From a virus (Duplodnaviria > Caudoviricetes): a DNA stretch of 37,722 nucleotides. The stretch covers positions 1-37,722 of the IMG/VR virus record IMGVR_UViG_3300020161_000333. One strand, given 5' to 3'. This document shows positions 6,219-14,250 of this stretch, piece by piece (position 1 is the first letter of the stretch; every line of letters begins with the position of its first letter). Below the pieces are notes generated by a model, which had not been told where the DNA came from, ran no database searches, and saw only the letters and a list, made by a program, of their open reading frames with translations. A program made the translations under genes and the position numbers.

Positions 6219-6845
6219 TCAGGCTCCAATTACGTTATCAAAAAGTTCTTCTACTTCCGCAAGAAATTTAATTGCAGCGTCTTGCACTTTATCCAATTCT
6301 TCTTGTGTCGGTTCGTAGAGTTTTACGAACATCTGTTGCTTCGGCGGAAATCTTGGGTCGTAAGATACAAACCAGATTTTCTTCCTGCCGGTGCAAAGTG
6401 CTTGTACGCACATCTGAGGCTTATATTCTTCCGGCACATTGTCTTTGTCAAGCAAATATTTTAGGTGCGTAGTTGACGAAGGGCATTTGGTTTCAATCAA
6501 ATAACCATCGCTTGTAAAGCCATCCGGCGATGCCCCAAAGTTTTCAATAGTGGGGTGCGGAACAAAACCTACATCTTGAATCAAAATGCCTGTATAGCTT
6601 TCAAAGTTTTGTTTAGCCAATGGTTCATGGTCAATTCCCCATTGCATTGCAGCATTAATGTATTTGGGAACAATAATGTCTGTCATTCGCTCAGTAACAA
6701 TTTCCATCTTTAGCTTAATTCGTTCTGAGGCATCGGTTCCCTTTTTGGTAAAACTCATTGCATCCGACATACGCGATGCTGTCAGCTTACCAATACGTTG
6801 ACTGAACCAATCACCAGTTCCTTGTTGTTTGTTTTCTTCTCTCAT
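6219..6845 (-). CDS. YqaJ/lambda-exonuclease-family protein
   Basis: WFSQRIGKLTAS, AMQWG..HEP, GASPDG, IETKCP, Q-x-x-x-Q. Confidence 0.93.
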   Translation of the reverse strand: MREENKQQGTGDWFSQRIGKLTASRMSDAMSFTKKGTDASERIKLKMEIVTERMTDIIVPKYINAAMQWGIDHEPLAKQNFESYTGILIQDVGFVPHPTIENFGASPDGFTSDGYLIETKCPSSTTHLKYLLDKDNVPEEYKPQMCVQALCTGRKKIWFVSYDPRFPPKQQMFVKLYEPTQEELDKVQDAAIKFLAEVEELFDNVIGA

Positions 6846-7381
6846 TTCAATTTACCTTTAGCTGCTTCTTTTTCTTTAGCCATCATCATGCGTTCATCAG
6901 TGTTCATAGCAAACCAAATCTTTTGCAGTTCATCCAAAGAATCTGCGTTTTGAAGTTTGAACTTAAGAGTTTCGTAATCGCCGCAAAACTCTTTGTTAAA
7001 CACTTCTTTTAAAACTGAAGCGTTGCCATCATCATCTTCGGGTGCAATACCACATGCCGCCATCAACGAACCCCTACGGCAATACGTCAGCGCACTCATA
7101 TAGCCTTGCGCGTCACCTTTAACCGATGGGAAATACAATTTTCCACCTGAAAGCTGTTCGCCCGATTCATGGATAAACAGAGTTTCAACAATTACTCCGT
7201 TATCGTGAGCATGAGTTCCTTGAACCAGTGAAATGCCGTTTTCGTTTAAAGCATCCATTACCGCTTCCAAGCAACTAGCTAAGTCAGCGTATTTACTTTT
7301 GTAGTGCGGATTCAGCGAGTTTTTCAGCGCAGGAGAGAATTTCCTCTGTGCGTTTAGAAATGCGGCTGCTATCTCTTTCAT
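6842..7381 (-). CDS. erf: ERF-family single-strand annealing protein
   Basis: NPHYKSKYADL, HESGE, QGYMSALTYCRR, GIAPEDDDGN. Confidence 0.92.
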   Translation of the reverse strand: MKEIAAAFLNAQRKFSPALKNSLNPHYKSKYADLASCLEAVMDALNENGISLVQGTHAHDNGVIVETLFIHESGEQLSGGKLYFPSVKGDAQGYMSALTYCRRGSLMAACGIAPEDDDGNASVLKEVFNKEFCGDYETLKFKLQNADSLDELQKIWFAMNTDERMMMAKEKEAAKGKLK

Positions 7382-7523
7382 GTTGTGCCTTTTCGTATTC
7401 GTTTAAGATTTCAATCAAAATGCCAATGTAATAATCACTGTCAAACTTATACTGCGGATAATTCCTACAAAACTCTGCTAACCCACAAAAACGCCCTAGT
7501 GCTACCGCTTGATAGTCTGTCAT
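7293..7523 (-). CDS. Hypothetical protein, first gene of the leftward operon
   Basis: Perfect GGAGGTGA RBS before ATG 7523. Confidence 0.65.
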   Translation of the reverse strand: MTDYQAVALGRFCGLAEFCRNYPQYKFDSDYYIGILIEILNEYEKAQHERDSSRISKRTEEILSCAEKLAESALQK

Positions 7524-7541
7524 TTGTCACCTCCGAGACAG

Positions 7542-7570
7542 ACTGTAAACTGTCAATTTATGAAAGTCAA
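7542..7570 (-). promoter_or_regulatory. Leftward sigma70 promoter
   Basis: TTGACT-17 bp-TACAGT on the minus strand. Confidence 0.65.
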
Positions 7571-7581
7571 CATTTATTTGC

Positions 7582-7610
7582 TTGCGCCTATAAAAAAAAG
7601 CATTTAATAT
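7582..7610 (+). promoter_or_regulatory. Rightward sigma70 promoter
   Basis: TTGCGC-17 bp-TAATAT, back to back with the leftward promoter. Confidence 0.45.
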
Positions 7611-7616
7611 CGGTTT

Positions 7617-7992
7617 GCCTGTGAAAAAGACAGGTCGCTCTGTGGCGGAGTGCGAAGTGTAGCGAACCCTTACACATTGGGTTTCGGTCTTGATGTGCGA
7701 CTTTCTACACTTTGCGCCCATCTACGCCGCGACCTAAACCCAAGCTGTAAGGGTTTTTCATTGGCCGTACTGTCCGCGATAGCAATGGGCTTGTATGGGC
7801 CGCTGACAAGAATACACATGGAGCGTACTCACACGGTGCGTATCCTTCGCGGCGTGTCAGAGAGCGACCGCACAAAATAGATGGTCTATAGGTGAGACAA
7901 GCCTTCTATTGATGAATCTCTGCCTTCGGGTGCTGTAGGTTTCTCAGGAGCCATTGAGACACTAGCAGAAAGTGATGTTGGCTATCACCTTT
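7617..7992 (+). ncRNA. Putative large structured RNA or leader (~370 nt), family unknown
   Basis: Nested stems: 7618-22/7630-34, 7633-41/7861-69, 7665-74/7746-55, 7677-89/7731-43, 7803-08/7855-60, C(UUCG)G loop 7924-29, 7972-76/7984-88; GC-richer than flanks; no convincing ORF. Confidence 0.6.
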
Positions 7993-8001
7993 GGGGAACC
8001 T

Positions 8002-8388
8002 ATGCTTATAAAAAACGATTTATTTCTACAGCAAATAAAAGATTTTAGTGGGCTAAGATTTAATTCAATTTCCCCCACCGACATTGATGGTTTCCTAGAT
8101 TTTGGAAATAGATTATTTGTCTTTATAGAAACTAAGTTTGGGGATTCGCAGCTTCAATACGGCCAGCGGTTAGCTTTAGAACGTCTGTGCGATGCAACTC
8201 ACAATCCGCCATCGCGCAATTCCATTGTTTTAATAACCCGGCACGATACCCAAGCTGGTGAAAAAATTGATTTAGCCAAAAGCATTGTTTTTAAATATCG
8301 GTTTGATAAAAAATGGGCAATTTGCGAACCAATTTCATTGTTGGACACAATAAATCTGTTAAGAATCAAATACTTATCAAAAAAATAA
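8002..8388 (+). CDS. Putative PD-(D/E)xK nuclease-fold protein, 128 aa
   Basis: PTDIDG...FIETK...GQ motif order resembles VRR-NUC-like nucleases; GGGGAA RBS before ATG 8002. Confidence 0.6.
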   Translation: MLIKNDLFLQQIKDFSGLRFNSISPTDIDGFLDFGNRLFVFIETKFGDSQLQYGQRLALERLCDATHNPPSRNSIVLITRHDTQAGEKIDLAKSIVFKYRFDKKWAICEPISLLDTINLLRIKYLSKK

Positions 8389-8396
8389 AATAATTG

Positions 8397-8426
8397 TTTA
8401 CTTTTACTTAATTATCAATTTATGAT
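8397..8426 (+). promoter_or_regulatory. Putative sigma70 promoter
   Basis: TTTACT-18 bp-TATGAT in an AT-rich gap before an AAGGAG RBS. Confidence 0.4.
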
Positions 8427-8454
8427 GTATTCACCTTAACAAAGGAGATACGAC

Positions 8455-8664
8455 ATGACACAAAACGACATTATCAAGAATCATTTTAAGAATCATAAAA
8501 CCATCACTACCCTGCAAGCGTTTTCGATGTATGGCATTACGCGACTTGCCTCAAGAATCCTTGAACTGCGCGAATCTGGAATGAAAATTTCCGGTTACAT
8601 GATTGACGTTAAAAATCGTCGCGGCGAGATTGTTAAAGTTAAAAAATACTACGTGGGGAAATAA
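8455..8664 (+). CDS. Phage helix-turn-helix protein
   Basis: ITTLQAF..YGITRLASRILELRESG; AAGGAG RBS. Confidence 0.8.
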   Translation: MTQNDIIKNHFKNHKTITTLQAFSMYGITRLASRILELRESGMKISGYMIDVKNRRGEIVKVKKYYVGK

Positions 8665-8903
8665 TGGACATTGGCGGAGAATTTACAACAACCGTTTGTG
8701 ATATTGACGGTAATCAGCATGAAGTCACTGTTCGATACAAAGGTTATTACTTTCCCCCAATTCGCAATTGTTCGTCCGAAGGTTCATTTCCAGCAGAGGG
8801 CTATATTGACCTTGAAATAGATTACCCGGCCGGTATTAAGTTTGCAGATTTAGAAGAATATCTCCACGATAAAGCATGGGAGCATTACGATGGAAGATTT
8901 TGA
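8664..8903 (+). CDS. Small acidic hypothetical protein
   Basis: TAATG coupling; GGGG RBS. Confidence 0.7.
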   Translation: MDIGGEFTTTVCDIDGNQHEVTVRYKGYYFPPIRNCSSEGSFPAEGYIDLEIDYPAGIKFADLEEYLHDKAWEHYDGRF

Positions 8904-9186
8904 GATTTTCTGGAAAGCATATCCCCGGCGTGTAGCCAAAGCAGTAGCAAGGAAAGCATGGATTCAAACCGCAAGGATTAGACCTTCGCTTGAAGAATTG
9001 CTTAAAGCCATTGAAACGCAATGCGAGTCTGAACAATGGCAAAAAGACGGTGGACAATACATTCCGCACCCTGCGACTTGGCTTCGTGGTGAACGCTGGT
9101 CTGATGAAATGGAAGTCAACGTAAAACCTAAACAATCGCAAACATTGTCCGCGATTTACAGTCTGCAATTACTTAAAAATGGATAA
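8890..9186 (+). CDS. Stand-alone C-terminal domain of a phage replication initiator
   Basis: FEIFWKAYPRRVAKAVARKAW...YIPHPATWLRGERWSDE, normally the C-terminus of O-like replisome organisers. Confidence 0.7.
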   Translation: MEDFEIFWKAYPRRVAKAVARKAWIQTARIRPSLEELLKAIETQCESEQWQKDGGQYIPHPATWLRGERWSDEMEVNVKPKQSQTLSAIYSLQLLKNG

Positions 9187-9388
9187 CGTCAACCATCCCA
9201 AGCATTACACAAATCATCCATCTGGGATTGAATGTATCCAAGTAACTGAACACATGAATTTTTGCCTCGGAAACGCCATTAAGTATTTATGGAGAGCAGA
9301 TTTAAAAAACGGGGTGGAAGATTTAAAAAAAGCGGCTTGGTACATCAACAGAGAAATTCAGCGGAGGGAAAATGTGGCTAAAGAATGA
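9179..9388 (+). CDS. DUF3310 (SaV/T7 gp1.7-like) protein
   Basis: DNVNHPKHY...IECI...FCLGNAIKYLWR...EDLKKAAWY. Confidence 0.9.
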   Translation: MDNVNHPKHYTNHPSGIECIQVTEHMNFCLGNAIKYLWRADLKNGVEDLKKAAWYINREIQRRENVAKE

Positions 9389-9719
9389 AATCGTTGACGG
9401 TCTGCAAAGATTAATTTCTTTGCGGCTAAGAAACGCTCCTTCAGCCGATACGGTTACTGCGACTGCCGTGGTTTGGTGTGAAACGGTAGCCAGCAGACCG
9501 ATTTCTTGGGATGAAAGGCTAGACAGGAAACGCATTAAAACGGCTTTTAGCGAGTTGTGCGCGACAGTTGACAGCTTTCCTTCGCCAGCACAATTCCTGC
9601 GAGTCCTGCCGCCGCGTGAGCAAGCGTTATGCCTTCCGCAACCGCAGTCAGCAGAACTTTCTGCGGAGAACAGGCAAAAACTGAGTACTTTGTTAAAAAG
9701 ACTTAGAACAGTTAATTAA
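9372..9719 (+). CDS. Hypothetical protein, possible helicase-loader-like
   Basis: VW...AF...FPSPAQF pattern and position after an initiator-like gene; function inferred. Confidence 0.55.
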   Translation: MWLKNEIVDGLQRLISLRLRNAPSADTVTATAVVWCETVASRPISWDERLDRKRIKTAFSELCATVDSFPSPAQFLRVLPPREQALCLPQPQSAELSAENRQKLSTLLKRLRTVN

Positions 9720-9724
9720 TTAAC

Positions 9725-9807
9725 GGGCGAGTGGTGAAATTGGTAAACACAGCAGACTTAAAATCTGCCGCTAACGCTTGCCGGTTCGATTCCGGCCTCG
9801 CCTACCA
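9725..9807 (+). tRNA. tRNA-Leu(TAA)
   Basis: Acceptor GGGCGAG/CTCGCCT, D-loop TGGTA, anticodon arm GCAGA-CTTAAAA-TCTGC, variable arm, T arm GCCGG-TTCGATT-CCGGC, encoded CCA. Confidence 0.95.
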
Positions 9808-9827
9808 AATGAGAAGATGAAACTACC

Positions 9828-10265
9828 CTAAACAAAAACCCTAGTGCCGGATTTATCAATAATCAAAGCTGATTTTCTGGGGTTAAATTCTGGCGCATTA
9901 GGTACGGAAATATGAGTCCATGAATCGAACTCAAGAATAATCTGGTCAAAAGGAATTGCAGCTTTAATACATGCTTCGACTACTTCGCGTGGCTTCATTC
10001 CCGGCACTCTAATGTCCGCAGCACAGCCTAAACGATGCTGACTGGTATCTTTTGAACCAACAGAATCGTTGACCTGTTTAGACCGAAAACCGGAATTAAT
10101 CATTACCGGCTTGTTGCCTAGCGCAGTTTTAACTTGCTGAAGTAACTCCGCAAGACGCTTTAAGTTTGAAATTTCTTGTTCGTTAGGAATGTTATCCCAT
10201 CCGTTTCGATTCGCAGCTTCAGAGCGCGTCAATTCCTCAAGAGAAAAGTTTGCAGTCAACTGCAT
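9828..10265 (-). CDS. Endolysin, peptidase M15A family
   Basis: NFSLEEL, INSGFR, SQH..GCAAD, WTHIS Zn-peptidase motifs. Confidence 0.9.
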   Translation of the reverse strand: MQLTANFSLEELTRSEAANRNGWDNIPNEQEISNLKRLAELLQQVKTALGNKPVMINSGFRSKQVNDSVGSKDTSQHRLGCAADIRVPGMKPREVVEACIKAAIPFDQIILEFDSWTHISVPNAPEFNPRKSALIIDKSGTRVFV

Positions 10266-10666
10266 TATTCTTTTCCCTTTTTCATGCCAATAATTTTTTC
10301 AAGAGTTCTACCGCCGAAGTAAAAACTCATAATCAGCATACCCCATTGACCCAACAGTTCCACGTAATTATTATTTACTTCAATATCCCATGCCGACATA
10401 AGACCAAACACGGTATAGGTAATCAGTATGAATACTAAAGTCATAGGGCGGATATTTTTAGACAGCCAACTATCGCTGCTCATGTCCGCTTGAAGTCGTT
10501 TCGTTAATTCTTCTTGCTCTGACACATCGGCGTTTAATTGCGCCAATTCACCGTTATGTTGCATTTCCAACAGCTTTAGCTTTGCTTGTTCAGCAGCTTG
10601 AGCATCAGGGAAGAACTTGTCTATCAGCTTGGCACCGACCGTCAACAGTGCGGGAATCGGAATCAT
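10265..10666 (-). CDS. Holin (3TM/GTA-type family)
   Basis: SWLSKNIRP, two hydrophobic helices, FYFGGRTLEK; directly upstream of the endolysin. Confidence 0.8.
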   Translation of the reverse strand: MIPIPALLTVGAKLIDKFFPDAQAAEQAKLKLLEMQHNGELAQLNADVSEQEELTKRLQADMSSDSWLSKNIRPMTLVFILITYTVFGLMSAWDIEVNNNYVELLGQWGMLIMSFYFGGRTLEKIIGMKKGKE

Positions 10667-11307
10667 TTTAACCTCACCATTTTTGCTGCGGACTGATTGA
10701 TTATAACTTTCACTGAGTTGGTGTCATTTGGCTTACTCTTAAAACCAACGCTTACATACCCGACCAGTTTGCCAATTTCAGGAGGGATGGAGCCTCGGCA
10801 TACAAACGTCACTTCATTCTTTACAAACCATTCACCTACTTTTGATGAAGGCTTGAAGTCCTCGCACAAAACTTCACCATTTAGCATGGCTACAACTGCC
10901 TTGTTTCTGCCGGGGCTTTCGTTAAAAATGCTGGTGACAGTTCCTTCGACCGATTTATTCCTGCCGTTCTTGTCCGCAGCCATAACAGTCGTGCGCTTGT
11001 TTATCATCAGGTTGGCTTGGTGAACGACAACTACTTCGCCGCCAGCCTCCTTAATTAAATCGCTAGATATGGCAAGCAGTTCAGAATCAGACTTGAGGGA
11101 AGCCAGCTTGTCATTAGCGGTAATCGCAGACTTGAGAACCTCACGACTTTCCCAAGCAAAGAACCCGACGAAAGCAAAGGTCGCAATGACAAGAACAGTA
11201 AAAAGTTTGAACGGGTTATCTACCCATTTAATTAAGCCAATAACCTTGTCAACAGGGCTTTCATGTTGAACAGCCTTAATTGCTGCTTTTGGCTTTCTCG
11301 CCGCCAT
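10663..11307 (-). CDS. Single-pass membrane protein in the lysis cassette
   Basis: Basic N-terminus, TM LFTVLVIATFAFVGFFAW, ~160-aa soluble domain with two Cys. Confidence 0.75.
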   Translation of the reverse strand: MAARKPKAAIKAVQHESPVDKVIGLIKWVDNPFKLFTVLVIATFAFVGFFAWESREVLKSAITANDKLASLKSDSELLAISSDLIKEAGGEVVVVHQANLMINKRTTVMAADKNGRNKSVEGTVTSIFNESPGRNKAVVAMLNGEVLCEDFKPSSKVGEWFVKNEVTFVCRGSIPPEIGKLVGYVSVGFKSKPNDTNSVKVIINQSAAKMVRLK

Positions 11308-11553
11308 TTATTTTCCAGATACCTTTGTAACAATACCCGCCCAAAGCGCCGCGCCAATAGCTACAAAAACCGCTGCTATCAATGCCATTGTTCCGTAATC
11401 TGAATACTTGCGAAGTCTTTTTCCAAAGCGTAAGTCCTCTCGGAATTCTTCAACCTGCTTCGGGTCGTCAATATCAACACCAAGAATTGCAAACACTTTT
11501 TTTACTGATTTATCGGCAATATCTTGGCATTGCGGATTAGACAAACAATCCAT
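11308..11553 (-). CDS. Small membrane protein with C-terminal TM helix
   Basis: ALIAAVFVAIGAALWAGIV. Confidence 0.75.
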   Translation of the reverse strand: MDCLSNPQCQDIADKSVKKVFAILGVDIDDPKQVEEFREDLRFGKRLRKYSDYGTMALIAAVFVAIGAALWAGIVTKVSGK

Positions 11554-11574
11554 TTATATACCCGTAAAATTTGA

Positions 11575-12012
11575 TTAAAAAGTTCTCAGATTGTATAGGA
11601 CTTTTTCAGGGCTAACAAATTTGCTTGCGTCAAATTCGACGGATTCCCACCAAAGAAATTGATTCTTTGATAAACAATCCCGACTTTTTAATAAATTAAT
11701 ATTTTCTGGATAACCGTAAATATTTGGGTCTGAAACAGACCATAAAACAATGCCTCGCTTACCTAATGACGAGGCTAAATGCTGCAAAAAACTATCGCAA
11801 GAAATCCAAACTCTGCAATCATGTATTAACTTTTTAAGTTCATCGACTGGCAAGTTTTTCCTGAAGTCATTAACTAATTGCTTTTCGCCTTCTATCCCAA
11901 TTTGAATAATAGGTTCTTGTATTTGAGATATGACTTCATCCCAATACGGATAATTCTTGGGATTGGTTTTACCATTAGTTAATTGCTTTGAGTAAGGGCT
12001 AATTAAAATCAT
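11575..12012 (-). CDS. GT9 (heptosyltransferase-like) glycosyltransferase, C-terminal domain
   Basis: KNYPYW, ISCDSFLQHLA..LGKRGIVLW. Confidence 0.8.
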   Translation of the reverse strand: MILISPYSKQLTNGKTNPKNYPYWDEVISQIQEPIIQIGIEGEKQLVNDFRKNLPVDELKKLIHDCRVWISCDSFLQHLASSLGKRGIVLWSVSDPNIYGYPENINLLKSRDCLSKNQFLWWESVEFDASKFVSPEKVLYNLRTF

Positions 12013-12986
12013 AAATATAGCTTTCGATAAGCACTCTCTAGGCTTTCAGTCCAATTCCATTCCGCCATCTTTTTGTAAATGTTCCATTGGTCTAAATCGC
12101 CAAACAATGCTTTCGCTTCCGCAATAGACCTGCAAGGTATAATTTCTGGATAGCACCCGAATACAACTGGATTCTTTATTTCTGGAAGAATCCTGCTAAA
12201 TACTACGTGGTCGCCCATTCCATTGTTTAAAACAACAATAGTTTTTTCTTTATAGCTAATTATGTTTTTGAATATGTTTTCGTCATGGTCAAACATTTCC
12301 TGCTTTTGACCATCGCGGATTCCGCCTTTAGGGTTTTTCATGTGCCATGTAACGGCTTTTGGCACAACTAATAATTTATACCCTTTTTGATGTATCCCAT
12401 AAGAAAACAATGTTTCTTCCCTATGGGCTACCCTAGACAATCCTAAGTTGTAATCGTGTATCCCCGCACGATACAAAAATGAACAATGTAAATGTTCTAC
12501 AGACTTTATCTGTTTAATGTTTTTCCATTGAACGCTAGGCTCAGTATCAATGTTTTCAAGAAGTCCAGTAGGGTCTGAATTCTCAAAAAACAATGGCGGC
12601 GTAAGAATTGAACCGCCAATCGCTCCAATGTTGTAATCAATATACTTAGATAAAGTTTCTAATACGTTATGTTCTGGGATTGCATCATCATCGACGCGCC
12701 ACACCCAATCAAACCCCATAGTGTTAGCTGTTTGATGTATATGATGCTGGCCTTTCTTACCGGCAAACAACCATTCCCACTGAATATTTTTAATGTCTAG
12801 TATTTTAAAAAAATGCTGATACAGGAATTCATTTCTCATATCCTGCGGTTCGTCGTTATCATCAAAAATTACCAGCTTATCTGGAAGTTTTGTTTGATTA
12901 ACAATCGCAAATAGAACCAAAGGCAAAGTAGAAAAATATCTTCCCTTTGTCGCAACAGAACAAAGAATTTTAGACATTGTATTCAC
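12009..12986 (-). CDS. GT2 glycosyltransferase with a GT9-like N-domain at its C-terminus
   Basis: NQTKLPDKLVIFDD, WRVDDD (DxD), REET; C-terminal NGMGDHV. Confidence 0.85.
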   Translation of the reverse strand: MNTMSKILCSVATKGRYFSTLPLVLFAIVNQTKLPDKLVIFDDNDEPQDMRNEFLYQHFFKILDIKNIQWEWLFAGKKGQHHIHQTANTMGFDWVWRVDDDAIPEHNVLETLSKYIDYNIGAIGGSILTPPLFFENSDPTGLLENIDTEPSVQWKNIKQIKSVEHLHCSFLYRAGIHDYNLGLSRVAHREETLFSYGIHQKGYKLLVVPKAVTWHMKNPKGGIRDGQKQEMFDHDENIFKNIISYKEKTIVVLNNGMGDHVVFSRILPEIKNPVVFGCYPEIIPCRSIAEAKALFGDLDQWNIYKKMAEWNWTESLESAYRKLYL

Positions 12987-14229
12987 ACAGCATTAAATTC
13001 ATACCATCAAACGGAACAATACCAATTTGTCCATTTTCACTCATAAATTTGTATTCAAACCCGGAAAAATGCTTTTCTTCCAGCATGTGTAATTTATGAT
13101 GTTCGCCCCAGAATCCCGGCGTTTCTTTATATGGAACAGTGATAAGCAATCGTTTGCAATGATTTTTTAAAAGCTGTGCAATTTCCATTCCGTTATCTAA
13201 ATGTTCTATAACTTCCATAGCAACAATCGTATGGTATTGCTGCAATTCAAAAGTATTAATGTCAGAATGAACAAACTTTTTATTGTCTCCCCATCCTTCT
13301 TCTTTTGCTACCTCTATAATATTTACATCGTAATCTAAACCAAGATAATCTATTTCATTGCCAAAGAATTGAGAGCCATAACCATTAGAACAACCAATTT
13401 CTAATACGTTATTTCCAATCAATCTGTTAGATGCCCACAAGTAACGGGCCTTTTCTCTTGGTGCAACTTCCTCACCTTTGATTGCCATGTAACGCTCAAA
13501 GTTATTCATCAAACTCCATTTGTAATAAATGGGGTTATATTTACGCGCCAATTTTCTGCAATTCCTACGGAAAATGCTATTAAAGTCTTTAACTAAATCC
13601 GGGTTGTGAACCGTTCCTTCCCCTGCGTGATAAATGGGGAAATTCCCGCTGTAACTAAATTCATCTAATATTTGTTTGGGGCTTGCTTCAACCATTTTAA
13701 AACCTGCTTTTACTGCTTCAATAGAGAATTCTGTATCCTCTCCCGTTCCAACTCCATAATCTTCGTTAAGCAAACCAATTTTTTCAAATACTTTCTTGTG
13801 AATCATTACGCAAAAGAAAACGCAAAAATCGTGACCTGCTTCCGGGGAATGTTGGCAAACGGGGCCGCAAATTCCCACGGACGAATCTTGTAGAAACGCA
13901 GCATCCATCATGTTTAACCAACGGTTTTTTTCTTGGTCTAGTAAAACCGTATCATTGTTTAACAATACAATTTTTTCGCAAGAGGCTTGCGTAATTGCCA
14001 CGTTATTAGCTTTGGCATATCCCAACGGATTATCGTGCCAAATTACCTTGATGTTAGGAATTGCGGTAACTAAATAATCAAGATAAGCCTTAGTGTTATC
14101 AAAGCATCCGTTCGCGGATACTATTAATTCAATATCATTTAAATCCGTGTATTTAATTATTGAATCAACGCATGGTTTAAGATATTTTTCGCAATTATTG
14201 TATGTCGGTATAACTATAGTGTATTTCAT
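12970..14229 (-). CDS. GT2 glycosyltransferase fused to a class I SAM methyltransferase
   Basis: TIVIPTYN, GYAKANN, LLNNDT, EDTEF; then VLEIGCSNGYG and EVIEHL. Confidence 0.9.
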   Translation of the reverse strand: MKYTIVIPTYNNCEKYLKPCVDSIIKYTDLNDIELIVSANGCFDNTKAYLDYLVTAIPNIKVIWHDNPLGYAKANNVAITQASCEKIVLLNNDTVLLDQEKNRWLNMMDAAFLQDSSVGICGPVCQHSPEAGHDFCVFFCVMIHKKVFEKIGLLNEDYGVGTGEDTEFSIEAVKAGFKMVEASPKQILDEFSYSGNFPIYHAGEGTVHNPDLVKDFNSIFRRNCRKLARKYNPIYYKWSLMNNFERYMAIKGEEVAPREKARYLWASNRLIGNNVLEIGCSNGYGSQFFGNEIDYLGLDYDVNIIEVAKEEGWGDNKKFVHSDINTFELQQYHTIVAMEVIEHLDNGMEIAQLLKNHCKRLLITVPYKETPGFWGEHHKLHMLEEKHFSGFEYKFMSENGQIGIVPFDGMNLMLCEYNV

Positions 14230-14250
14230 CGTGTTTTGTTTTGTATAAAA

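Noticed and set aside
4413-7523. Stop-codon recoding suggested by long gene overlaps
   Set aside because: Overlaps are extensions rather than interruptions, and conserved genes are intact under the standard code
7527-7880. ORFs 7527-7721 (-) and 7650-7880 (+) as repressor or Cro
   Set aside because: No HTH pattern, weak starts, and they overlap promoters and paired stems; not fully excluded
7905-7972. Hammerhead ribozyme (TTGATGA...GAAA)
   Set aside because: The core is not CUGANGA and I could not build the three flanking stems
9725-9807. tRNA as prophage attachment site
   Set aside because: No integrase, no duplicated tRNA 3' end seen, and phage genes on both sides
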